A stretch of 64,000 nucleotides of DNA from a bacterium (GTDB lineage Bacteria; Zhuqueibacterota; Zhuqueibacteria; Residuimicrobiales; Krinioviventaceae). Numbering within the stretch: the stretch's first letter is position 1; every line of letters begins with the position of its first letter. Made by a program: the position numbers and the translations under genes. The notes below the pieces were generated by a model, which was not told where the DNA came from, ran no database searches, and worked only from the letters and a program-made list of their open reading frames with translations. Below, piece after piece: positions 49,496 through 59,592 of this stretch. The stretch spans positions 256,001-320,000 of the forward strand of contig CAXXFV010000006.1 of NCBI GenBank assembly GCA_963674595.2. The letters are read 5' to 3'.

Positions 49496-50647
49496 GTGAC
49501 TGATAAAACTATACTGGAAATATTTCAACAACATTTTAACGGAAATCCACGTTTTTTTCGTGCCCCTGGTCGTGTCAATCTTATTGGAGAACACACCGAC
49601 TATAATGACGGTTTTGTCTTCCCAATGGCCATTGAATTTTATACCGACATCGCCATATCTCCGAGAAGTGATGGTAAATTGAATCTCTGGTCGGAAAATA
49701 TGCAGAGCAGTATCTCTTTAACTGTTGACAGCCTCAAAAAGAATCGCCATTGGAGTGACTATATAAGCGGCATTCTGTTTATGCTGAATGAAAAAGGTTT
49801 TAAGGTTCCTGGTGCGGACCTGGCTGTTAAAAGTCAGGTCCCATTTGGCGCCGGACTCAGTTCTTCGGCTGCACTGGAGGTTGCTTCTGCACTGGCTTTT
49901 TTGAGTTTATCGGATAAAAAAATGTCCGATAAAGACATTGCCAAACTTGCTCAACAGGTAGAGAACCAATTTGTCGGTATGAATTGCGGCATTATGGACC
50001 AGTTTATTTCCGTACACGGCCAAAAAGACCGCGCCATGTTTTTAGACTGCCGGTCATTGGATTTTAATCTTGTTCCTCTTCCGTCTGATTCGGCCAGAAT
50101 TGTTGTTTGTAACACCATGGTAAAACACAGTCTTGGCAGTTCTGAGTATAATGTGCGTCGTGCCGAATGTGAACAGGGGGTAGCGATAATGCAAAAATCC
50201 CTCGGAAATATTAAGGCTCTAAGAGACGTTAATTCAGAGCAACTGAACAGTTATCAAAATGATTTACCATCTGTTGTTTTTAAACGATGTCGTCATGTGG
50301 TAACGGAGGACGAGCGTACGCAGCAATCTATGAATGCTTTATTAAACAACGATTTAAGGTTGTTCGGGGATTTGATGAATACTTCTCACGACAGTCTTCG
50401 TGATGACTATCAGGTAAGTTGTGATGAGCTGGATGTGATGGTAGACCTGGCAAGGTCCTTACCCGGCGTATACGGCGCCCGTATGACCGGAGGTGGCTTT
50501 GGCGGCTGTACGGTTAATCTGGTCAGTTTGGATCATGTTGACTCTTTTGTGGAAAATATTAAGATTTTATATAAACAAAAAACGTCAAAGAATCCCGATG
50601 TTTACATTTCTTCGGCTGCAAAAGGAGCCCACGAATTTTTTCTGTAA
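49496..50647 (+). CDS. galK: Galactokinase
   Basis: Motifs APGRVNLIGEHTDYNDG, GAGLSSSAA, CGIMDQ, GARMTGGGFGGC. Confidence 0.96.
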   Translation: MTDKTILEIFQQHFNGNPRFFRAPGRVNLIGEHTDYNDGFVFPMAIEFYTDIAISPRSDGKLNLWSENMQSSISLTVDSLKKNRHWSDYISGILFMLNEKGFKVPGADLAVKSQVPFGAGLSSSAALEVASALAFLSLSDKKMSDKDIAKLAQQVENQFVGMNCGIMDQFISVHGQKDRAMFLDCRSLDFNLVPLPSDSARIVVCNTMVKHSLGSSEYNVRRAECEQGVAIMQKSLGNIKALRDVNSEQLNSYQNDLPSVVFKRCRHVVTEDERTQQSMNALLNNDLRLFGDLMNTSHDSLRDDYQVSCDELDVMVDLARSLPGVYGARMTGGGFGGCTVNLVSLDHVDSFVENIKILYKQKTSKNPDVYISSAAKGAHEFFL

Positions 50648-50712
50648 TCTGTACTTGTGCAATAGTTGATAAATTTAGTTAAATATTTGTTAAACAAGAT
50701 TGAGGAGACATT

Positions 50713-51453
50713 GTGATGCGAAAAAACAGTTTTTTGATTTTATTTGTTTTAACTCTCTTTACTTCTACATTATTGCATGCTGATATTTACATGAAACAGA
50801 AACAAACTTCTCCATCCGTAAACATCGGCGGTGCTTCTCAGGCCGGCGGTACGGAAATTCAGGAAATCTGGATGTCTGAAAAATGTTTTCGCCTTGACGG
50901 GGCGAAACAATCCATGTTATTTTTGATTGATAAAAACAAATCCTATGCTGTTAATCATCAAAATAAAACCTATATGGAAATACCTATGGATTTTGGAAAT
51001 GAGGCTGCTTCCAAGGAACTTGACAAAGAGGGGATGGAACAATATCAGAAAATGATGAAAAACATGACCAATATCAGTGTTTCTGTTACACCCACCAATG
51101 AACACAAAAAAATCGGTTCCTGGAATTGTCAAAAATATATCCAGGTAATGGATACATTCATGGGAAAAATTACATCGGAAATATGGGCAACACAGGACAT
51201 TAATTTTGACTATGATATGTATACGAAATTTTCTGCTACGATGATGGCACAAATGCCGGGAATGAAAGAAAATATGCAGAGTCTTATTTCCGAAATGAAA
51301 AAAATTAAAGGTATTCAAGTTTATACAAAAATGACAATGGATTTAATGGGAACGGCCCAAACAACTGTTACCGAATTGATTGAAGCAAAAAATAAGAGTG
51401 TACCCGCTGAAAAGTTAACTTTACCGAGTGGCTATAAAAAACAAACTTTTTAA
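50713..51453 (+). CDS. Secreted DUF4412-like protein
   Basis: Signal ending LHA; NKTYME, KKIGSWNCQKY, EIWAT and C-terminal LPSGYKK pattern. Confidence 0.75.
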   Translation: MMRKNSFLILFVLTLFTSTLLHADIYMKQKQTSPSVNIGGASQAGGTEIQEIWMSEKCFRLDGAKQSMLFLIDKNKSYAVNHQNKTYMEIPMDFGNEAASKELDKEGMEQYQKMMKNMTNISVSVTPTNEHKKIGSWNCQKYIQVMDTFMGKITSEIWATQDINFDYDMYTKFSATMMAQMPGMKENMQSLISEMKKIKGIQVYTKMTMDLMGTAQTTVTELIEAKNKSVPAEKLTLPSGYKKQTF

Positions 51454-51476
51454 CCTTATTAAAAAGTGAGGATGCT

Positions 51477-52361
51477 ATGAAAAAAAAGCTGACTCGACGT
51501 GATTTTATTAAATCCGGTATTTGTGGCGTAACGATTGCTTCTACCGGATTTACAAAGGTTTTGGGGCAAAATGCTGCGATACCGGATATTGCGGTTTCAA
51601 CAAGTTCTGATATTGTTAAAAATGTTAATCAGGTTATTGCTGCACTGGGGGGAATGAACAAATTTGTGAAAAAAGGGGACAAGGTTGTTTTGCTGCCGAA
51701 TCCTCAGGGCAGACAAATCAGTACAGCGACAAATCCGCAGGTTGTTGCCGAAATAGTTAAATTATGCCTTGATGCGGGCGCGGCCGATGTCAGTGTTTGT
51801 TCCGTACATAGCAACCGATCATGGCAAAACACGGGAATTATTGAGGCTGTTGAAGCTGTGGGCGGAAAAATGTTTTATCCTGGTCAAGATTCTGATTACG
51901 TCAAAATAAAGATACCCAAGGGTAAAATTCTAAAAGAAACAACCCTGCTTAAAAAAGCTGTGGAAAATGATGTTTTTATTAATTTACCTATTGCCAAACA
52001 GCACGACAGTACACGATTTACCTGCACATTAAAAAATTTGATGGGATTCAACACCAACAACAGTTCTTTTCATAAGGGTCCGGAACATTTGCATCAATGT
52101 ATTGTTGATTTGGCCTCTGTTATTAAACCGGATTTATGTGTTGTGGATGCAAACACAATTTTGATTGAGAACGGTCCTTTTGGACCCGGAAAAACTATTT
52201 CCCCTCAAAAAGTGTATGCCGGAACAGATATGGTATCAATAGATGCTTTATGTTGTCAATTGATCAACATCAAGTCGCAGGATGTTCCCCATATTTTAGG
52301 AGCGTACCAACTTGGTTTGGGAGAAGTTAATATCGACAAGCTGTTGATAAAATCGATTTAG
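51477..52361 (+). CDS. Tat-exported DUF362 protein
   Basis: TRRDFI signal; motifs GGMNKFV, TNPQVV, INLPIAKQH, LKNLMG, GPFGPG, DMVSID. Confidence 0.85.
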   Translation: MKKKLTRRDFIKSGICGVTIASTGFTKVLGQNAAIPDIAVSTSSDIVKNVNQVIAALGGMNKFVKKGDKVVLLPNPQGRQISTATNPQVVAEIVKLCLDAGAADVSVCSVHSNRSWQNTGIIEAVEAVGGKMFYPGQDSDYVKIKIPKGKILKETTLLKKAVENDVFINLPIAKQHDSTRFTCTLKNLMGFNTNNSSFHKGPEHLHQCIVDLASVIKPDLCVVDANTILIENGPFGPGKTISPQKVYAGTDMVSIDALCCQLINIKSQDVPHILGAYQLGLGEVNIDKLLIKSI

Positions 52362-52371
52362 AGGATTTTTA

Positions 52372-53547
52372 ATGATTTTGAAAAACCTTAAAAAATATTG
52401 TATTCTTTTTATCCTTACTGTTACAAGTATAAACTGTAACGAAAATTCCGGTTCCTGGCAACCGATGTATAATTCACCGGGAGATGGTTTTTATAAACTC
52501 TTTAATGGTAATGACTTTACAGGTTGGGACATAGAACCGGACCACGGTTCCTGGTTTGTTCAAGACAGCCAGATGAAATGCAAAGGAACCCCTCGTAAGC
52601 CCTATTTAATACGAACCGTTAAAGAATATGAAAATTTTGAATTTTATGCCGAATTTCAAATCAGCAAAGATTGTAATAGCGGCATCTTTTATCATATTCC
52701 TTTAAAAGGTTCCGGCAGAGAATCGAAACTTGGTTTTGAAACCCAGATTTTGGATGATTATGGGCAACCCCCGTCCATTGGCTCCTCAGGTTCGATCTAT
52801 TCACAAATTGCTCCTACTGTTAACGCCATGTTTCCGGCCGGTGAATGGAACCAATATCATGTTTATTTTGATTGGCCGCAGTGTAAGGTCTGGTTAAATG
52901 GAATTTTAGTTCAGGATGCCAATTTTACAGAATATGAACATCTAAGACACAGATTGCGTATAGGCGCTATTGGATTGTCCAACCACGGGCATATTGTAAA
53001 TTACCGTAATTTGTGGATCAAAGAGTTGCCTGGAAAACTGGAATCCATTAATCTATTTAACGGAACGGATTTGTCCAACTGGGATAAAACAGGTAATGCT
53101 GATTGGCATGTTCAGGATGATATGATTGTCGCAACAAAAGGAGAGGGGTATCTGGTTTCTAAAGACGCGTTTAGCGATTATCAGTTATTGGCATATTTTA
53201 ATAATGATACATTGCAGACGCGAAAAGGGTGTTTTTATTATCGCTGGAGAAACCAAAATGATCCCGGGTATGCGGTCGAATTTTACAATTTCCCCTTACA
53301 ACAAAACCTGAGAGAGCAATATGGTGAAAAACTGACCGGCCCCTTATTCTGGTATGAATGGCTGCCGTATCAGATTATGTCCCGCAATACGCTGTCGCAG
53401 GTTAGAATCGCCGGAACGATCATTTCGACCAATTCAAATCTGAATAAGGTAGGTAACGGGAAAATAGCTATTTACCATCATCCGGATGACGGTGTTATTA
53501 AGATTAAAGGATTAAAAATAATACCCTTGAAGGATTTGGAAATTTAA
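52372..53547 (+). CDS. Tandem DUF1080 (3-keto-glycoside hydrolase-like) lipoprotein
   Basis: LFNG.D..W occurs twice; motifs NSGIF, ETQILDD, GEWN, GLSNHG, YRNLWIKEL; Cys after the signal peptide. Confidence 0.85.
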   Translation: MILKNLKKYCILFILTVTSINCNENSGSWQPMYNSPGDGFYKLFNGNDFTGWDIEPDHGSWFVQDSQMKCKGTPRKPYLIRTVKEYENFEFYAEFQISKDCNSGIFYHIPLKGSGRESKLGFETQILDDYGQPPSIGSSGSIYSQIAPTVNAMFPAGEWNQYHVYFDWPQCKVWLNGILVQDANFTEYEHLRHRLRIGAIGLSNHGHIVNYRNLWIKELPGKLESINLFNGTDLSNWDKTGNADWHVQDDMIVATKGEGYLVSKDAFSDYQLLAYFNNDTLQTRKGCFYYRWRNQNDPGYAVEFYNFPLQQNLREQYGEKLTGPLFWYEWLPYQIMSRNTLSQVRIAGTIISTNSNLNKVGNGKIAIYHHPDDGVIKIKGLKIIPLKDLEI

Positions 53548-53560
53548 AAGAATTTTAACT

Positions 53561-53599
53561 AAAAGCGATCACAAGTATTTTTTTGTGATCGCTTTTTTT
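53561..53599. terminator. Bidirectional intrinsic terminator
   Basis: aaaagcgatcacaa...ttgtgatcgcttttttt between convergent genes. Confidence 0.88.
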
Positions 53600-53615
53600 A
53601 TATAAACACATTCTA

Positions 53616-54878
53616 CTAATGTACAGAGTTTAAAATATCTCTTGCCCTATATTCGCCTTTTGCAACTTTGGGTGTAAAGTTTTTAACAGCTTTAGGGTCA
53701 AAAGCCAGTTTTTTACCCACTTCACTTGATTTATAAGCTGTCATCAATAATTGTGTAACCAATAATCCATCATTCCAGTTTTCATGGGGCATTTTACCTT
53801 CCAGAAAACATTGCGACATATAACGGTTCTCATGAGTGTAACCATATACTAATTCTTCGCTTGACACAACAGGCATAAGGCCCTGCTCTGCGGATTGTTT
53901 TTCAACCAAATCTTCACCTGTTTTACCTGAAACGGCCCTGCTGAAAAATACGTTCAGATCTGAATTGAGTGTATTAATCTGCATAAAATATTCCGGTCCC
54001 ATAAGTTCAAAACTTAAACGGAGTCCCGGACCTACAAAACTCCATGATGTGGTTACTTCAGAGACAAGGATATTATGCTCATCATCTTCAAATGTTATGT
54101 TGGCACGGGCAAAATCTTCACTGGGTATTTTACTATAGTCTATTTGATTTTGAGACATCTCTTTTAAAATATCGATATATTCACTTCGCGCCCATTTTAA
54201 TGTAGCGATTTCTGCATTAACGGCAACGGGAACCAGGCAGGATTTGGGTTTGTCCGGGTCCTGTAACAGAAACCGTGCGGCTTCGATGCTATGGCACATC
54301 ATGTCATTTAACACGCCGCCGCCTTGTTTTTCACCATTCCAGAACCAGGGCTCGTGGGGACCGCTATGTTCTTCTGCACATCTGGCAAGATAAGGTCTGC
54401 CCACAGTATTTGCGCCCCGACGCCAGATAATTTCCCGTCCGCGTGTTACCGATGGTGCAAATACCTGGTTTTCTAAATATCCATGCAGCAAACCAAGTTC
54501 ATTAACCATATCAATCATTTGCTGTGCTTCTGCAGCATTTCTTGCCAAAGGTTTTTCACAGGCAATGCCGACAAGGTTGCCTTTACCGGATTTTATCGTT
54601 TCTGAAATTTTTTGCATAACGTCAATACGTGTATAGTTGGGAGAACAAATCCAGATAGCATCAATATTCGGGTCCATTACAAGTTCGGTCACATCAGCAT
54701 AAACTTTGGGAGAACCGACACCAAGCTGTTGACATACAACGGCTGAATCTTTAGCTCTTTTAATATTCGGATCGGCAATTCCTAAAATATCCGCATTACG
54801 AACACCTTCCCAGGCCCTTATATGAAAATTTGTATTAAATCCTGCACCTACAAACCCCACACCTAAACGAGTTTTCAT
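53616..54878 (-). CDS. Cytoplasmic Gfo/Idh/MocA oxidoreductase
   Basis: Motifs GFVGAG, CEKPLARN, GGGVLNDMMCH; no signal peptide. Confidence 0.9.
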   Translation of the reverse strand: MKTRLGVGFVGAGFNTNFHIRAWEGVRNADILGIADPNIKRAKDSAVVCQQLGVGSPKVYADVTELVMDPNIDAIWICSPNYTRIDVMQKISETIKSGKGNLVGIACEKPLARNAAEAQQMIDMVNELGLLHGYLENQVFAPSVTRGREIIWRRGANTVGRPYLARCAEEHSGPHEPWFWNGEKQGGGVLNDMMCHSIEAARFLLQDPDKPKSCLVPVAVNAEIATLKWARSEYIDILKEMSQNQIDYSKIPSEDFARANITFEDDEHNILVSEVTTSWSFVGPGLRLSFELMGPEYFMQINTLNSDLNVFFSRAVSGKTGEDLVEKQSAEQGLMPVVSSEELVYGYTHENRYMSQCFLEGKMPHENWNDGLLVTQLLMTAYKSSEVGKKLAFDPKAVKNFTPKVAKGEYRARDILNSVH

Positions 54879-55170
54879 TTATAACCTCCGTATTCAATTG
54901 ATAATATTGACGCTATAATTTTGTTTTAATATATATAATAGTTGGTAATTTTACAAATATAACTTGACAATTTACGGAATGTTATTAAATTTACTAAATA
55001 TTAATAGTTCGGGAAATATTTTCTCGATCGGGTTGTTATTATAGGGTGTTATATTAAGTAAGTTTTTGTGATCAATGTCACCGATGATATAAACTGAAAG
55101 TCGTATTATCCCCACAGAAAATGAAATATTCCATTTTAAATAATTCTTTACTTATATGGAGGAAGAGCAA

Positions 55171-56064
55171 ATGAAAAACAGGCCTATTCTTTTCAAGATG
55201 TTATGCTTGTTGGTTATCCTTGCAAGCCCGCTATGGGCACAATACGTTACAGAAAATATTGGAACAACCGGTACTGTTGATTGGTCATCACAAATGATAC
55301 GTTCCACAGGTATCGGATCACCGAATCCCAATATGCCTCAAACAGCCCAAAGGGCCGGTGCCATAGAAGCAGCAAAACGAGTTGCTTTGAGAAACTTATT
55401 GGAAACAGTTTTAGGAATGACTCTTGATTCTGAAACAACAGTACGAAATTACGTCGTTGAAAATGATGTTATCAGCACCCGCGTTCGCGGAGTTGTAAGA
55501 AATTTTACAGTTGTTGATACAAAATATATGTCTACCGGTGATATAGAAGTAACAGTTGAAATGCCGGTGAGCGGCGCTCTTTCTGATGCTCTGTTACCAC
55601 AGCAAATGGGTGGTGCTATAGGCGTAGGTGTAGGTACGCGCGTTTGTCCGACATGCGGTCAGCCATTACCCGCAGGAATGTCCGTACCACAAGCTGCCAC
55701 GACAAATATGGGAACCACAGGCGGCGCTTTTACCGGATTGGTAATTGATGCCAAAGGTTTGGGTGTTCGTCCGGCAATGGCTCCGCGAATTCTTGATGAA
55801 AACGGACAGGAAGTTTATGGTTCAAAAGTAGTCAGCCGTGAATGGGCCGTTCAAATCGGGATGGTTGGATATGATAAAGATGTTAACCGTGCCAGAAGTA
55901 ATGACCGTGTTACAAACAATCCGCTTATTGTAAAAGCGATAAAAACAGCCGGTGCAAACAAGGCTGATCTTGTTGTGTCAAATCAAAGTGCTGCACAAAT
56001 TCGCAACGCAGCTTCCAGTCAAAATTTTCTCGACAAATGTAAAGTGATGTTTATTGTCGACTAG
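55171..56064 (+). CDS. Secreted LPP20-like domain protein
   Basis: Signal ending LWA; AAKRVALRNLLE..G.TLDSETTV; FTGLVIDAKG...PAMAPRILDE. Confidence 0.7.
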   Translation: MKNRPILFKMLCLLVILASPLWAQYVTENIGTTGTVDWSSQMIRSTGIGSPNPNMPQTAQRAGAIEAAKRVALRNLLETVLGMTLDSETTVRNYVVENDVISTRVRGVVRNFTVVDTKYMSTGDIEVTVEMPVSGALSDALLPQQMGGAIGVGVGTRVCPTCGQPLPAGMSVPQAATTNMGTTGGAFTGLVIDAKGLGVRPAMAPRILDENGQEVYGSKVVSREWAVQIGMVGYDKDVNRARSNDRVTNNPLIVKAIKTAGANKADLVVSNQSAAQIRNAASSQNFLDKCKVMFIVD

Positions 56065-56097
56065 AGACAATAAGGATATAATTTAAGGAGAGTTGTA

Positions 56098-57252
56098 ATG
56101 TTAAGAAAGAGTTTAGTGCTTTTTTCAGTCTTGATGTTGGCTTTAACCCTGGTGATTGGCTGTGGTCCCAAGCCTATTAAAGAAGCATCTGTTTTGGATA
56201 CACCGGAAAATCACTATAATCAGGGTATGCGTGAACTTGATCGTGGTAATTTAACAGAAGCTGCTTCAGAATTTCAACGTGCTTTGGCTTTAAATCCGAA
56301 TTATGCTGAAGGTTTTTCCGGTTTGGCCCTTGTTGCTGCAAAGAATGGTAATTTTGATAAAGCTTTAGATTTGGCAGATAAAGGGATCGGTAAAAATGAC
56401 AAGTCTATAGATGCCCGAATTATTAAAGGCCGTATTATCACCATGCAAAGGAAAGGTGACGATTGGGTTAAAAAAGCTGTAAAGGAATTTGACAAAGCAT
56501 TGGAGATTAATCCCAACAGCGCCAAAGCATTATATTATAAGGGTGAAGCTTATAAAGACGCTTATATGTTTGGTGAAGCAGCAGCCGCTTTTAGCCAGGT
56601 TATCTCTTTAAAAGGTGATTATGCCAAAGAAGCCAATGCCGAATGGGAATTGGTCCAAAAAATCCAAAGAGCTGCACCCGGTACCAAAGTAGGTATGAAA
56701 ATCGCTTTAATAGACGCTATTGATCGTGCTGATCTAGCGGTTTTGATGCTTGAAGAATTGAAATTATTGGAAATTATTGATAAAAAACGACCCAAAACCT
56801 ATGATACCGGTTTTAAAGCACCGGAAGATCCGACACAAATGCAAACATCTCAAATGGTGCAAATGGCCGATGCAACTGATATAGATGGTCATTGGGCTAA
56901 AAACTGGATCGAAGACGTTATTGAAGCAAAAGGAATGGATGTTTTTCCTGACCATACATTCCGTCCGGATGAAAAAATTACCCGGGCCAATTATGCCATG
57001 CTTATGCAGAATGTATTGATTATGGCAACAGGTGATGAGTCTTTGGCAACAAAATATATTGGTACCCAATCACGTTTCCCGGATGTTAATCCAAGCCATT
57101 TTGCTTATAATGCAATTTGTTTAATGACGGACCGCGGAATTATGTCTGCAAACAAAATGACAGGTGCGTTTGATCTGAATTCGACAATCTCAGGAGCGGA
57201 TGCGTTGCTCATTATTCGGGATTTTCAGAATGCATTACGCATGACCTTTTAA
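56098..57252 (+). CDS. TPR plus S-layer homology (SLH) domain lipoprotein
   Basis: Lipobox VIGC; TPRs (ALALNPNYAE, ALEINPNSAK); SLH motifs DIDGHWA...FRPDEKITRA and FPDV...HFAY. Confidence 0.85.
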   Translation: MLRKSLVLFSVLMLALTLVIGCGPKPIKEASVLDTPENHYNQGMRELDRGNLTEAASEFQRALALNPNYAEGFSGLALVAAKNGNFDKALDLADKGIGKNDKSIDARIIKGRIITMQRKGDDWVKKAVKEFDKALEINPNSAKALYYKGEAYKDAYMFGEAAAAFSQVISLKGDYAKEANAEWELVQKIQRAAPGTKVGMKIALIDAIDRADLAVLMLEELKLLEIIDKKRPKTYDTGFKAPEDPTQMQTSQMVQMADATDIDGHWAKNWIEDVIEAKGMDVFPDHTFRPDEKITRANYAMLMQNVLIMATGDESLATKYIGTQSRFPDVNPSHFAYNAICLMTDRGIMSANKMTGAFDLNSTISGADALLIIRDFQNALRMTF

Positions 57253-57260
57253 ATATTTTT

Positions 57261-57292
57261 AAGGGTTAGCTGGAGCTAACCCTTTTCCTTTT
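57261..57292 (+). terminator. Stem-loop or terminator within the envelope operon
   Basis: aagggttagct-gg-agctaaccctt followed by ttcctttt. Confidence 0.7.
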
Positions 57293-57325
57293 CATTATTG
57301 TTTACATGTAAAATGGAGCAAAACA

Positions 57326-58542
57326 TTGAACAAACGTGGAATATTTTTTATTATTTTTTTCATCTTTTGTGGTCATTTATTGGCCCAGGGATATGGTTCA
57401 TCCAGAGTACAAGTTCAGTCAGTTGGCGTTGGAAATATCGTTTACGGTGATGTTGCCGCCGCCCGTGATCGTGCAATTGACGATGCTTTAAGAAAAGCGG
57501 TTGAACAAACGCTGGGAACCTATATAGATGCTCAGACAAAAGTTGAAAATTATATGGTCGTTGAAGATCGCATTTTAAACTGGAGTCGCGGCTATGTAAG
57601 CAACTATACAGTCACATCCGAGTATAAACAAACTCCGGAAACATATCAGGTCCAGATTAATGCCACAGTTGATATGGCAAATTTACAAAATGATGCCATG
57701 GCCGTGCAGAACCTGCTTCAAAGTATGGGTAACCCACGTGTGATGGTTATTATGGATGAGCAAAACATAGGTCAATCCTATAATAAATATCACTATTTTG
57801 AAGTAAATATGACGGCATCAGAAACAGCCATGAATAATCAATTTATGGAAAAAGGGTTTGAAATTGTCGATCCGACAACTGTCCGTCAGAATAAAGAACG
57901 TGACGCTGTTATTGCCGCTATTAATGGTAATGCAAAGGCGGCCGCAGAAATTGGTGCTTCACTAAGCGCTGAAGTTGTTGTTACCGGAAAAGCTATAGCC
58001 AAAGTTGCTACAGGTCTAAATTTGGCAGGCATGAAATCCTGTCAGGCCAATTTAACGGCCCGCGTGATTGATGCTGATGTGGGAACAATTCTGGCAACCG
58101 GAAGTAAACACGCCGCTTATCCGCATATTGATGAGGTTACCGGCGGAACAATGGCTATTGAAAAAGCAGCCAAGGCACTTGCTGATGAACTTATTGCCAA
58201 AATACTTGAAAAATGGCAAAGTAAATTTTATAGCTTAAACACTGTAAAATTGATGGTTACCGGCCTTAACAGCTATACAGAGGCTTCTAATTTTAAAAAT
58301 TCTTTACAGTTTACAGTACGTGGTGTGAAAAATGTTTTCAGCGTAATGTCATAGGCGGTACCGGAGAGTTTGATATTCAAATTTCAGGAAATGCAGAACA
58401 ATTGGCCAGAGAATTAGACCAAAGAAATGTAGGTGAATATTCATTGGTTGTGACAGGCGCATCTGCAAATAAAGTTACATTACAAGCTGAAAGATCTACC
58501 CAGGATGCCGGTGCTGATACAACAGCAACTGGTGTCGAATGA
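57326..58542 (+). CDS. Secreted FlgT-N-like domain protein; a one-base deletion at ~58335-58338 shifts the frame
   Basis: ARDRAIDDALRKAVEQ.LG..I motif. Adding one T extends the frame (FQRNVIGG...ELDQR...GVE) to TGA 58540-58542. Confidence 0.75.
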
Positions 58543-58595
58543 TACTATTTGAAAGGAAAGTAAAAGATATAAAAAATTCTAAAAATGAGGTTATT

Positions 58596-59534
58596 ATGAA
58601 AAGCAGGAATTCTTTTTACTCTTTAACAAGTATTTTTTTATTGTTTATAATATTTTGTTCTGCAAGCCTGCAAGCACAGGATATTCAAAAACGTTTGAAA
58701 AAACGTGTTGCTGTTTTTGTGTTTGATGACAAAACAGACCATCGCGTTCGCTGGTGGTCCGGGCAGAATGTTGGTGAAGGTATGAGCGACATGCTGACAA
58801 CTTCACTTGTTAAAACAGGAAATTATCAGGTTATCGAACGAGCAGAATTGGACAAGATTATAAGTGAACAAAAGTTAGGACTTAGTGGAGCTGTCACCGA
58901 ACAAAGTGCTGCTCAAGTAGGAAAATTATTAGGCGTTGAACTTGCTGTTATAGGCGCTGTCACTGAGTTTGGACATTCACAAGGACAAGTCGGCGGTAAT
59001 TTAAAGAAAAAAGCTTTTGGCATTGGTGTTAAATCTAGCAAAGCTACGGTTGGAATTGATGTTCGTTTCGTCAATACTACTACCGGTGAAATTATCATGG
59101 CTGAAAATGTCCGTGAGGAAGAGAGTAAAAAAGGCCTTTCTTTAGATACTAAGGATTTTAGTTTTGATAATCGTAATAAATTCGATGAATCCATTGTAGG
59201 TAAAGCAACACGTAAATCAATTGATAAAATTGTGGAAATGCTGGATAAAGCTACACCAAACATCCCCTGGCAGGCCAAAGTTATCAAAGGCGGGGCACAG
59301 ATTTATATAAATGCCGGTTCTGTTTCCGGTGTAAATGTGGGCGATCAGTTTGTTGTTTATCGTGCCGGCGAAGAATTGATTGATCCTGATACCGGTATCT
59401 CTTTGGGGTCCACCGAATCAAAAATCGGTGTTATCAAAGTTACCAATAATACAATTGGAAACGGTAAAGCGTCTCAATGTATTGTTGTGAGTGGTAGTGG
59501 ATTTGATCGAAACGATATTGTTCGCATTAATTAA
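58596..59534 (+). CDS. CsgG/HfaB family protein with an FlgT-C-like tail
   Basis: Motifs KKRVAVF.F, VIERAELDKIISEQ, GAVTEFG, DVRFVNTTTGEII, YINAGS..GV.VGD, LIDPDTG..LG. Confidence 0.85.
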   Translation: MKSRNSFYSLTSIFLLFIIFCSASLQAQDIQKRLKKRVAVFVFDDKTDHRVRWWSGQNVGEGMSDMLTTSLVKTGNYQVIERAELDKIISEQKLGLSGAVTEQSAAQVGKLLGVELAVIGAVTEFGHSQGQVGGNLKKKAFGIGVKSSKATVGIDVRFVNTTTGEIIMAENVREEESKKGLSLDTKDFSFDNRNKFDESIVGKATRKSIDKIVEMLDKATPNIPWQAKVIKGGAQIYINAGSVSGVNVGDQFVVYRAGEELIDPDTGISLGSTESKIGVIKVTNNTIGNGKASQCIVVSGSGFDRNDIVRIN

Positions 59535-59542
59535 ATTTTAAA

Positions 59543-59569
59543 AAGGAAAAGCATTTAATGCTTTTCCTT
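59543..59569. terminator. Stem-loop after the csgG-like gene
   Basis: aaggaaaagcat-tta-atgcttttcctt forms a 12-bp stem. Confidence 0.6.
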
Positions 59570-59592
59570 ACCTTATTATAAAGGAACTATAA

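Noticed and set aside
58450-58470. VTGAS as an ApbE flavinylation site
   Set aside because: It lacks the upstream Asp and FMN-binding domain context, and is ~17 kb from apbE.
58596-59534. Curli biogenesis operon
   Set aside because: No csgA/B/E/F-like genes or curlin repeats are adjacent.
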